From the NCBI GenBank assembly GCA_963740315.1, contig CAVUDP010000001.1, positions 1,504,001 to 1,568,000 of the forward strand: 64,000 nt of DNA, given 5' to 3'. The DNA comes from an uncultured cyanobacterium. Lineage in GTDB: Bacteria > Cyanobacteriota > Cyanobacteriia > Cyanobacteriales > Nostocaceae. The position numbers were made by a program, and so were the translations under genes. The notes beneath the pieces were generated by a model, which saw only the letters and a list, made by a program, of their open reading frames with translations, did no database searches and was not told the origin of the DNA. How positions within the stretch are numbered: the first letter of the stretch is position 1; each line of letters opens with the position of its first letter. Positions 21,841 through 31,400 of this stretch are shown piece by piece.

Positions 21841-23491
21841 AGTTTTTAACTCCTTGACGTTGTTGCAACTCTTTATTCCAAGTAGTTCTTGGCTGTAATT
21901 TGGTTGAATGAGGTAAAAGCTTTTGAATGGCTGCTACATTTTTATCGGGGATAGCAATAACTACATTTGGTACAGTCTTCAAAATTTGCACAGGTATAGG
22001 AATGTGCTGCTCTGGAAGACTATTTGAATGAATCTTGTCAATGGACAAATAAATAGTTCTATTTGTATGAGGAGCATTTAATATCGCTAGAGATAACGAT
22101 TCAATTGGCGAAGCAGTTAAGATTGCTGCTGTTATAAGATTATTTGAGGTTCTTCCCATGCTCAGATGAAACCAACCATCAGAACGTTTGCTTCCAGGAT
22201 ATAAACTAAAAGCATTTGTCGTCGTTTTCAATGAATGTAGGTAAGCTCCGGTGATGTCAAAAGAAAGATTTCGCGCTAGGAACACTGCATTATTATTGCT
22301 ATCTGCATAGAGCAAACCACATTGATTAAGTGTTTGTGTCAATTTGTGGGGAATACAATAATGGTTTTGGAAATATTTCTCAACTTCTTTCCAACGACTT
22401 TTATCGGCTGCTGGTGGTACGAATATTTTTTCAGGATATTGATATGAAATACTCAAAGCTCTACTAGCTACTTGATTAGTCACCGCAGCTAGCATTTGTT
22501 CCTCTCCAAACTTATCCCGCAGCCAAATAATTGCATCATCAAATTTGCACTGATTGACTCGCATCACTAAGTCGATAGCGTTAGTTTTGGACAACCACTG
22601 GTTATCTAGATTTATCCCTAATTCGTAAGCAACTAAGCCTAAAGGCAATTTTTTACGTTCAATAGTTGTTTTGAGGATTCTTAATTCTGACTCTAATTGT
22701 TGGCGAAGTTTTTCGCTCTGTATTGCAGTTCGCTTTAACTCATTAAATTGCTTGAGCAAGCGAGAACGTTGGTTGAGTTGGTAGTTGATTATTTCAAACT
22801 CAGGATTCAATATTTGAATAACGCGCTGTCGGTATTCTTCGCTTGTTTCAGACATCTGGGCTTTAGGAAGAAAGCGTTCTAAATTTATAAGTTGGGAATC
22901 TTGATTAACAGCAGCATAGTATTTTTTGAGCGTGGTGTAAGTCGCTTTGCTACCTTTAATACCGCGAGAGATACTTAGATGTTCAACAGCCCTTCCGAAA
23001 CTATCTTGCAGTTCTGATAGTTTAATTTTTCCACCAAACAATTCACGACAGTTGAGTTTACCTCTATCGTCTAACGGCACAATGTAAGCGTGAATATGAG
23101 GTGTAATTTCGTCGAGATGTAACTCTGCTCTAACTACTCGTTCTTCCCAAGAAGAATACAACCAATTAACTGTTGCTTCCACGAAGTTATCTAAGCGTTG
23201 TTTGTCATAAGTTCCTGCTTCTTGAGGTGCATCGGGACGGAAATAGGAAGCACTTGCACTGAGTAACATTTCTACTGCAAGAACAGCATTTGAGCGGATT
23301 TTCTGCGAACCGATTGCATGTCTTACTAAAGTTGCTAAATCTAAATTGGAAGAATCACCAATAATTCGTATATTGGTTACTTCTAGGTTTGCATTTGGGG
23401 TATTTCTTTCTCGTGCGGTATGAGCTTGATTACCCTTGAGCATTCCCCAGCTTTTGATTTTCTGGATTTTACAGACGGCTAGCGGGATCAT
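21824..23491 (-). CDS. mobV: MOBV-family relaxase (Mob/Pre) with C-terminal primase/TOPRIM-like region
   Basis: HTARER, AVLAVEMLLSAS, LHLDEITPHIH (HxDE..HxH) motifs. Confidence 0.9.
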   Translation of the reverse strand: MIPLAVCKIQKIKSWGMLKGNQAHTARERNTPNANLEVTNIRIIGDSSNLDLATLVRHAIGSQKIRSNAVLAVEMLLSASASYFRPDAPQEAGTYDKQRLDNFVEATVNWLYSSWEERVVRAELHLDEITPHIHAYIVPLDDRGKLNCRELFGGKIKLSELQDSFGRAVEHLSISRGIKGSKATYTTLKKYYAAVNQDSQLINLERFLPKAQMSETSEEYRQRVIQILNPEFEIINYQLNQRSRLLKQFNELKRTAIQSEKLRQQLESELRILKTTIERKKLPLGLVAYELGINLDNQWLSKTNAIDLVMRVNQCKFDDAIIWLRDKFGEEQMLAAVTNQVASRALSISYQYPEKIFVPPAADKSRWKEVEKYFQNHYCIPHKLTQTLNQCGLLYADSNNNAVFLARNLSFDITGAYLHSLKTTTNAFSLYPGSKRSDGWFHLSMGRTSNNLITAAILTASPIESLSLAILNAPHTNRTIYLSIDKIHSNSLPEQHIPIPVQILKTVPNVVIAIPDKNVAAIQKLLPHSTKLQPRTTWNKELQQRQGVKNYATLE

Positions 23492-23515
23492 CGCTTTTCG
23501 TTAGTTTTTATCTTC

Positions 23516-24151
23516 TTATGAATTTAATTTGCGTCTCAAATCTCGAATTGCAGCGCTAGTATTTCGCTCGTAAGCAATTCGGAAACATTCGTTTACAATT
23601 TCTAAAATATTGATATCTGGAAAATAACGACTGTTAGTTTTTTCAACATATTTATCATCTTCCAAGCCGTAAATTTTTAGCTGGTTCTTTTTTAATAACC
23701 AAACTTCCGGCACGCGATAGGGCAGATAATCATTTATATCCGTGTAACTTGTTACGTCTACTTCTATTGCTAAATCCGGAGGTGGTTCAACACTCCAATC
23801 AATTCTATCTTTTCCGGCGATCGCCATCCAATTATCAATATAAAAGCAGTAATCCGGCTCGATACCACTTATGGAAGATAATTGCATTGTAATTGGGGTA
23901 AATGACTCGTATTCCTGCTCTAAATAATCGAGCAAAACTTTAACCACATCAGCAATTAAGCTAGCTTTGCGTCCGTGTTCTGGTAGCGGTGCCATCAACA
24001 GAATTTCTCCAGGTCGATATTTGATGCGAGGAGAAGAACGGTCCCCTAGTTGTGCGGATAGGGATTGATACTCATCCCAACTACCAGGTAATTTTAAAAC
24101 CGTTCCAGGGGGTAAATGAATTTCTTTGGGCGTGACAACAGCAAACATCAT
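23516..24151 (-). CDS. Uma2-family (DUF820) putative endonuclease
   Basis: EPDYCFY, PPPDLAIEVDVTS, VPEVW. Confidence 0.9.
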   Translation of the reverse strand: MMFAVVTPKEIHLPPGTVLKLPGSWDEYQSLSAQLGDRSSPRIKYRPGEILLMAPLPEHGRKASLIADVVKVLLDYLEQEYESFTPITMQLSSISGIEPDYCFYIDNWMAIAGKDRIDWSVEPPPDLAIEVDVTSYTDINDYLPYRVPEVWLLKKNQLKIYGLEDDKYVEKTNSRYFPDINILEIVNECFRIAYERNTSAAIRDLRRKLNS

Positions 24152-24748
24152 GTCACCTCGTAAAATAATACGTTATTCGGAAGTAAAGTTTTTGAATTTA
24201 CGCAGTAGATGCTACTAAATTTTACCCTTAAAACAAGATTTTCACCTTATGTATGAATTTAAAACTACATTTATAAATTACATACAGTCTATGTATTTCC
24301 TCTTGATTTCACTTATTTAGAAGTAATCTTTATGTAATATTTTTAGCATTCACTGTTTAAAATTAATGTAATTATACACAAAAGATTTGCCTCTTTTATA
24401 TGCTTAAGATTTATTCATGGCAATGGCTAGAGTATTTTCTTAAATATTTATTCTATTTAAATCAAAAATAAATTTTAATACGATAGAATTTTGCTGTAAA
24501 TTCGAGAAAAAAGAATCTTCCTATTGCTAGATTGCCGCTTCTACCCCTCATTCGTTACTAAATAGAAAGATTGTTAAAGTTCTCAAGCTTTAGAAATGGT
24601 GAAAATTAAAATAGCTAAATACGAATCAATTTTGTTTGATTGCTTATTTAGAATGATAAGTCTTGTTAATATTGATTTTGTTAAGAAGCTTCAAATAAAT
24701 TTATTAAACGGAAACTGGAGTTAAATATCAGCAAAATAATTATTCAAG

Positions 24749-24830
24749 CCGCAAGCGGAAAAAATTGTGTAGTGTGTTTACAAATGAACTTATCAACAGG
24801 CTGGAATATTTTCGGAGCGCAGTAAACACA
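24749..24830. other. Candidate MOBV oriT
   Basis: ATTGTGTA-GTGTGTT-TACAAAT imperfect hairpin resembling the pMV158-family nic (TAGTGTG|TTA); nearby CCGC-AA-GCGG and TGTGTTTAC/GTAAACACA inverted repeats. Confidence 0.4.
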
Positions 24831-24925
24831 GTTGGGTAATTTGGTTATTTAATTGCAGCAGAATTACGCTGAATTCAGCCCTCAAAATATGACTAATTAA
24901 AAACTCAACGTATTGCTATAACGAT

Positions 24926-25074
24926 GTTGTAAGGAAGTGATTAACAAAAACTATGTAATGAGGATTTGGTGAGGAATATAGGAGGTAATTTATCCGAAAA
25001 AGAGTATTAGATAAAATTATGAATCCCTCATTTATTCCTTACAACTTACTCAATTCATCCTCAAAATTTACTTG
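24926..25074. promoter_or_regulatory. Candidate parC centromere/operator with 11-bp-periodic iterons
   Basis: TGAGGA-type hexamers at 24959, 24970, 24981; reverse-complement units at 25025, 25036, 25047, 25058, 25069; directly upstream of parM. Confidence 0.6.
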
Positions 25075-25094
25075 CAATTTATTTTTCATAAAAC

Positions 25095-26228
25095 ATGGGT
25101 AAAAATAATCGAAAAACAGAACAAAAAAATAGTACTCCGGTTCAATTAACTCTCGCGGCTGATATTGGTGGTAGCGGTTTGAAAGCAATTTATACAAGCA
25201 CTGACGGTAAAATTGGGAGTTTATTTATGGAACCGGAAGTAATTGCAGTACCCAAAGCTGCTATTGATGACTTATTACAAAATAATTTAGGAGTATGCGA
25301 ACCTACAAATGCTGCTTGGGTGGGATTTGGAGGAAAGTATGCAGCGGTTGGATACTTAGCTGCATCGCGCTTTTATGCAAATGCTGGATTGAAAGAGCTT
25401 AAGTACGAACGAGGTTTATACAAAGTTTTGGCAAGTGTTTGGGTTTTAGCGCAAAAGCTGAAGTTGAGTAATTGTTTCAAATTCGATTTAGCTGTACTGC
25501 TTCCAGCTAGCGAATATGAATCCAGAAAGAAATTTGAAAATATTCTGCGCTCCCTTCTCAAAAACTTTGAAACCCCTTCAGGAAATATGTCACTGGAACT
25601 AGGACGATTTAATTGTTATCCAGAAGGTGCGGGAGTATTTCTACTCCATTCCAAGCGAGTAGGAGTAGAGATTGGGCAGCGCAAAAGCGCAATTATCATG
25701 ATTGGATATCGCAACTCTTCAGTTTTAGTAAGCTATCGGGGAGCATTAGACAGCGGTAAAACTTCGGATTTGGGTATGGTGCGGATGATAGAAAGCGTTA
25801 TGACTAAAACCAGTGGATTGTCGGAATCAGATTTATGTAGAGTTATAGTTGCGAGCGGTTACGATATCAACCCAACTCCTTTGTACAAGTTAACTCGCAG
25901 CACTACAGTTGCAACTCGTAATGAGGAAGTAGCAGCGCTAGTAAAGGCAATTAAAGAAGCAAAAAATCTTTATATGGCAACGCTAATATCTTGGTTAAAC
26001 AACGTAGTCCCCCGCGATGTTGATGAAATTGTGTTTTGTGGAGGTACGGCAGATTATTTGAAGAAAGAACTTAATTCTCGTTATTCTGCTACACCTTGCA
26101 TTTGGCATGGTGGGGTTATGGTTCCTGATGCTGTAGATACGTACAAATTAGGAACGAGACTTACAGATGCTTATGGAATGTTCTTGTATTTCATGTCTGG
26201 CTCAAATTCGGTTGCTGAGGTAGCGTAA
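25095..26228 (+). CDS. parM: ParM/StbA-family actin-like partition ATPase
   Basis: ADIGGSGLK, YPEGAG, IMIGYRN, FCGGTA actin-fold motifs. Confidence 0.85.
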   Translation: MGKNNRKTEQKNSTPVQLTLAADIGGSGLKAIYTSTDGKIGSLFMEPEVIAVPKAAIDDLLQNNLGVCEPTNAAWVGFGGKYAAVGYLAASRFYANAGLKELKYERGLYKVLASVWVLAQKLKLSNCFKFDLAVLLPASEYESRKKFENILRSLLKNFETPSGNMSLELGRFNCYPEGAGVFLLHSKRVGVEIGQRKSAIIMIGYRNSSVLVSYRGALDSGKTSDLGMVRMIESVMTKTSGLSESDLCRVIVASGYDINPTPLYKLTRSTTVATRNEEVAALVKAIKEAKNLYMATLISWLNNVVPRDVDEIVFCGGTADYLKKELNSRYSATPCIWHGGVMVPDAVDTYKLGTRLTDAYGMFLYFMSGSNSVAEVA

Positions 26229-26229
26229 G

Positions 26230-26670
26230 TTGAAGAAACGAAGAGTTGACTACAGCATCAGATTTCAACCTTTTGTGGGAACTCCAGAAGAAAAAGTTTT
26301 AAATTATCTGAGACATCACCAATTGAATTCTGCTAATGCTTTGATAATGCAGGCAGTTCGTCCTTACTGGTTGCCTTTAGTGTTACTTGAAGATGATGTA
26401 ACTCCTTTGAATATTAAACAACAATTAGGTAGAGATGCGGTTAGGGAATTATTGCTTCACGCTGATTATATTTGCTCATCTTTAGGATTAGAGCGGTTCT
26501 ATAACTTACTTATGAGTGATGGAAATCTAGCTCAAACTAATAAATCAAATGAAGTTAAAGCTGAAAACAGTTCTAATATTTCTTATAAAAATGAAACAAA
26601 GCTTGTCGGACAGTTAGAAGTGGAAGTAGGGAATGGGGAATGGGGAAGTCTGGGTTCGTTTTCTGAATAA
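26230..26670 (+). CDS. Probable ParR-like centromere-binding adaptor
   Basis: Small gene directly after parM with a basic beta-strand N-terminus. Confidence 0.5.
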   Translation: MKKRRVDYSIRFQPFVGTPEEKVLNYLRHHQLNSANALIMQAVRPYWLPLVLLEDDVTPLNIKQQLGRDAVRELLLHADYICSSLGLERFYNLLMSDGNLAQTNKSNEVKAENSSNISYKNETKLVGQLEVEVGNGEWGSLGSFSE

Positions 26671-26700
26671 ATTGTTGTCACTTAAGCAGAGGTTTATCAA

Positions 26701-27732
26701 ATGAGCGATACAGCAGAAAATCAACAACCAGAAAAAAGAAAGAGAGGTAGACCAAAGAAAAACACTAATTCTTCTAGTGCTTCAAATAATAACTCACAAG
26801 GTATATCTATAACCATGCAAGAAAAATATTCTGCTCCTGAAAATTCAAATAGTAAAAATAGGATAAATTCATCTAGTGAAACTTCTGCTCAAGATTGGGC
26901 AAAAGAATTGGAAGGTGATTCAAGTTTACCCCATACAGAATTATTACAATCTAGTTCGCATGAAGATAAACCTGTAACTACTGCTCCAATACCTACTAAC
27001 ACCAATAATACTGCTAGCAATCAAGAAAAATTAGTCAAAATTCCCACAACTATTCATATTGTAGACGGTGAAAAAGGGGGTGCTGGGAAGTCATTTGTTA
27101 GTAGAGCATTAATAGAATATTACGCTTCAATAAAGCATAAAGTAGCAATTGTTGATGCAGATAAAAGCAACGAAGATATTTCTCAGATTTATAATAACGT
27201 GCATTCTGCTTTCTTTAGCGATGATGATAAAAAAGCCAATCAAGCCGACCACATTTTTGATTTGGCATTTGAAAAATCAGTGATTGTCAATTTACCTGCT
27301 CAAGTTTATTCAAAGGTGACTGACTGGATAAAGACGAATGATTTGGATGAGATAGGTAAGGAATATCAAATTACTTTTGTGAAATGGTTTGTATGTACCG
27401 GAGGTGTAGATTCGGTTAATTTCTTTATCAAATCTCTGAATGATTTAGGAGATAGAGTAACTCATGTATTTGTGAAAAATTTAGGATTGTGCGATGAATG
27501 GGATTATGTAGATGAAATGCCTGAGTTTCTTGATGCTAAGAAGACTCATAAATTTAAAGAGATGGATTTCCCCAAGTTTCCATTCTGGGAACGAAATGTG
27601 ATTGATAGATTGGGGATTACTTTTAATAGTGCGCTCTCTCATCCTGAAATAAAGGTGATATCGAGACAGCGAGTCAAAAATTTTCTTGCAGAAGTTCATA
27701 CAGCGTTCGGCGAAACGGGATTGGTTAAATGA
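26701..27732 (+). CDS. MobD-like / ParA-MinD-fold P-loop protein
   Basis: Deviant Walker A GEKGGAGKS, IVDAD; disordered N-terminus with KRGRPKK (AT-hook-like). Confidence 0.7.
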   Translation: MSDTAENQQPEKRKRGRPKKNTNSSSASNNNSQGISITMQEKYSAPENSNSKNRINSSSETSAQDWAKELEGDSSLPHTELLQSSSHEDKPVTTAPIPTNTNNTASNQEKLVKIPTTIHIVDGEKGGAGKSFVSRALIEYYASIKHKVAIVDADKSNEDISQIYNNVHSAFFSDDDKKANQADHIFDLAFEKSVIVNLPAQVYSKVTDWIKTNDLDEIGKEYQITFVKWFVCTGGVDSVNFFIKSLNDLGDRVTHVFVKNLGLCDEWDYVDEMPEFLDAKKTHKFKEMDFPKFPFWERNVIDRLGITFNSALSHPEIKVISRQRVKNFLAEVHTAFGETGLVK

Positions 27733-28457
27733 CACAGGAAGTTACTCCCGCTGATAAAAACTCAAATAATGAAGAAAATGACCAAGTTAGTAAGTTTTTG
27801 GCTGAAGCTCTAAATGGTAAAAGCGAAGAGTTTAAAAAGCAGGTATTGAGTTTTGCTGTAAGCTGTGGTTTATCTCAGGATGACCCTTTGTTTCTAATTT
27901 TGGTAGCTACCGGACAATTAGAAGCAATGTTAACAAATGCGCCGTCCGTTTTGCAACTGTTGTTTGAAACCTGGAATCAAGATTTGGCTCGCAACTTACA
28001 AGAAGTGGAAAAAGTTGCGGTATTACGTCAGAAAGTTGCTATTGATAGAGCTGCTCACGCTCTGATTCGCAAAGCACAGTTTACAGAAAGCCGAAAACTT
28101 TTAACTTCTGTACTTCCGGCAAGTTTATTATTATTTTTTACCCTGGGAGTCGGTGCAATCATGGGAATTTTAACGCCTCCCTGGATTGCTGGGATGATAA
28201 GTGGTGGATATACAAAGGTGCAATCAAGTACTTTGACCTGGGATGAGTTGGAAGCAATGAAATGGGCGATTTCTAAGGAAGGAAAATTTGCTAGAAATTT
28301 GATTGATTGGAACAGAGGTTATTTGGACAACGGGGAATGCGTCAAAGATGCTCAAAGATTGGGTGTGATTTTATCCCAGTACGGACGTAAAGCAAAGTCT
28401 GGACATTGTGTTATTTGGGCTACTCCACCGACAAAGCGTAAGTTCGTAGAACCGTAA
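27729..28457 (+). CDS. DUF6753-like (MobE-like) membrane protein
   Basis: GLSQDDPLFLILVATGQLE motif and a C-proximal TM; coupled to the MobD-like gene. Confidence 0.6.
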   Translation: MTQEVTPADKNSNNEENDQVSKFLAEALNGKSEEFKKQVLSFAVSCGLSQDDPLFLILVATGQLEAMLTNAPSVLQLLFETWNQDLARNLQEVEKVAVLRQKVAIDRAAHALIRKAQFTESRKLLTSVLPASLLLFFTLGVGAIMGILTPPWIAGMISGGYTKVQSSTLTWDELEAMKWAISKEGKFARNLIDWNRGYLDNGECVKDAQRLGVILSQYGRKAKSGHCVIWATPPTKRKFVEP

Positions 28458-28499
28458 TATGAGGCAGGGGGTAGGGAGCAGCCAGCAGAGGTTTAGTTA

Positions 28500-31400
28500 A
28501 TGTCAATAGCTCTAGAATATTTCTGCACCAAAACAGGTAAACCTATAGAAGTTGATGGTAAACCTTTAATTGAGACTTTGGAAAATACTGCTGCGGAGTA
28601 TCTTTATGGTAATGATGTTAAGTGGAGTATTGGTATTGTTTATCCCGGAATTTCAACTGAGGATGATTTAACAAAACATCAAGATAAATATCTTCAGTTT
28701 TCCAAAAAAGACCGACTGTACTTTTCCGATAAACCGGGATTGCGGTTACAAATTTTTGACGAGCCACATTTCGGTTCTGCATATGGTTCTTTACTATTTG
28801 GCGAATGCGAGTATTTTTCTGAAGTGAAAGATATCAAAGTGCTTATTGTAGATGATGAAACTGGGGAATGTGATGGGGTTTTACCGGAAGAACAGGCTTT
28901 ATTACTTGTAGGAGATGGGGATGGACGAATTGACCATAAATTACACGAACAATTGGGCAATATTCCTTCTACTCAGTTCCAGGTAAGAGGAATTATTAAG
29001 TCCCAGGAGGGAATCAACGCTAACCAAACAATAAAAGGCACTTTAGCACCAATTAATCTTTCTAATATCGGAAGCGGTTATGACTTAGTGCTTTCTCAAT
29101 CTCAATTGGGTAAGGGACGCAAAAATAAACTTTATAACGAAAAAACCGGGATAAGAATTAATCGACAAACAGAAGTGGAACCAGGAGAATATACTCTTAC
29201 AATCGGTATTGGTAATCGCGAAAATGCTCGCACCGTAGAAGCTTCAACGGGCGCTCAGTATTGGGTAGGATTGCCAGAAGGTGCTGAAAATGATGCTTTA
29301 CCCAGGGTACAACAGCGTTTGGCACAATTAGATCGTATTGCGAAGGACCCGCGTAAGGTTGCACTAGATTATATTCAAACGGTGGAAAGAAGGTTAGAAA
29401 GTGATTTGAAAAGAGAAACCGGAACTAAGTTAATCCATGATTTCGATTTGGATGATTTTGGAAATGTGATTGACGAAGCTTTTGGAGATAAAGACACTGA
29501 ATTAATGTACCAACTTCTGAAAGCTGATTTAGAAGGACATCTGCAAATTATTGAAACACCAAAAGTTATCAACTTTCTCTCAGAACATCTTCAGGAACAA
29601 TATAGAGACTGCGCTACCGGAAGAGTTATCAAATTTCAGTCATCGATGCTGATGACTTGTAACCGTTTGAAAGACTGGGAGGTTTGCGATCGCACTAAAC
29701 CCGACGGTGCGAAAGTCTTATATCACCGTCCCCCAGTCGGTAATACAAACGTAATGGCAGTACTTACGAATCGCTTATTGGAAGGAGAAGAAGTCAATCC
29801 CGGTAGTATTAAACTCAATCGTCGCACAGCAACGGCTCTTAATAGTGACTGCGACGGTGATAAACCTTTAACTGCATTAGCTGAAGATTTTCCCAGCACC
29901 GCACAGGAAATTCAGTTCAAAACTCAACCAGAAAACCGTTACCCAGAAAGTGTTTTACCTCAAAAAGCAGCTTACTGTGGAAGTTTTGAGAAGATAGCTT
30001 TAGAAGCTGCTCATGACAATATTGGGATTGTGGCTAACTTAGCGATGAAAGCAATTGCAATTGAGTCGGAGTGTAGTCAAATTCCTGCCAACGAACAAAG
30101 AACATTTTTAGCAAATTTATCAGCTAACCTTGCTCGATGTGATTTTGATAATTTACCCCAGGAAGCAGAACATTTACGAGAGTTATTAAATGACTTTAGC
30201 GAATATAGTCGTCGTCTAAACGTTGAAAATCAAAGTTCAAATAATTCTTTTCAAGACTACTTAATACCACTACAGGAACCAGAATTAAATAATACTATTA
30301 CACCAGAACAAGTTTCCGAAGAATTAGCAAAAGTAAGACAGCTATTTCATAATTTATCTGGTGTAATTGACCAACAGTTAAAAATTGAGGGACAAAGCGG
30401 TAAAAGTGCGCTGCGTAGTGACCCAGAAGTCATAAAATTATGTACAGAATTATGTGCTTATCCTCAAGTTTACGCTCTTGAAGACCGTAATGAAAAATGG
30501 GCTTATTTAGATAAACCGATTAGGAGTAATTTACATACCGCACTTGACTTATTAGTACAAGAAACTAATCAACATTTTGAAATTAATGCTCTTACCCCTC
30601 GTCCGCTATCTCAATTTAGAGATTTATTTAAAGATATTGATTTTAATTCTTCACAGCTTGAGATTGCAGCAACTTACAAGCAACAATATGAGGGATTAAT
30701 TAGAGCAGCGCACGATATTAAGCAACAAGTAGAAATAAATCGACATCAGCCGAATTTAAGAATGGTAGCCAAATCTAAGAAGGGGAATCAAATAGAAATT
30801 CGATTGAATCAAAAAGATACAAAACATCTTCAAGCTTATTCGCTCGATAAAATGCAGATTTCTTTACTTAAAGATAATAATAATTATAAAGCCTTTGCTG
30901 TAGTACCGGGAGAAACTACAATTAATAAACGTAGGCAGGTTGTCCCAGCAAAAAAACAATTGGGATTATTGACTGAAGCTTCTGTAATTGAGAACAAAGA
31001 TACTTTTCAAACACTTCATCATCAGAATAAAAATAATTGGATTGAACTTGGTAAACTCGATATTAATATTAACCCTGCTCTCAATACTTCTCATGAAAAA
31101 GCTGCTTTTAAATTAGCTTATGAATATGCTTCAAAAACTAGAGAAAATATTCCAGATAAAGAAAGATTAACCATAGCAGCAGCCATGTGGAATCTATCAA
31201 CCAAACGAGTTAAAGAAGAATACGATATTAATAAACGCGCTGGTGCTGTTTTTGCTATTTTTGGAGAAGAGATTAAAGAACAGCTTCATCAACTTCAGTT
31301 TACCGAATTTACTGTAGTGGGAACCCACAGAGATACTTCCGAACACAAAGGGAAAGTTTGGAAAGGGGAAAAGGTTCCGATACAAATTGAACTGGCTCCC

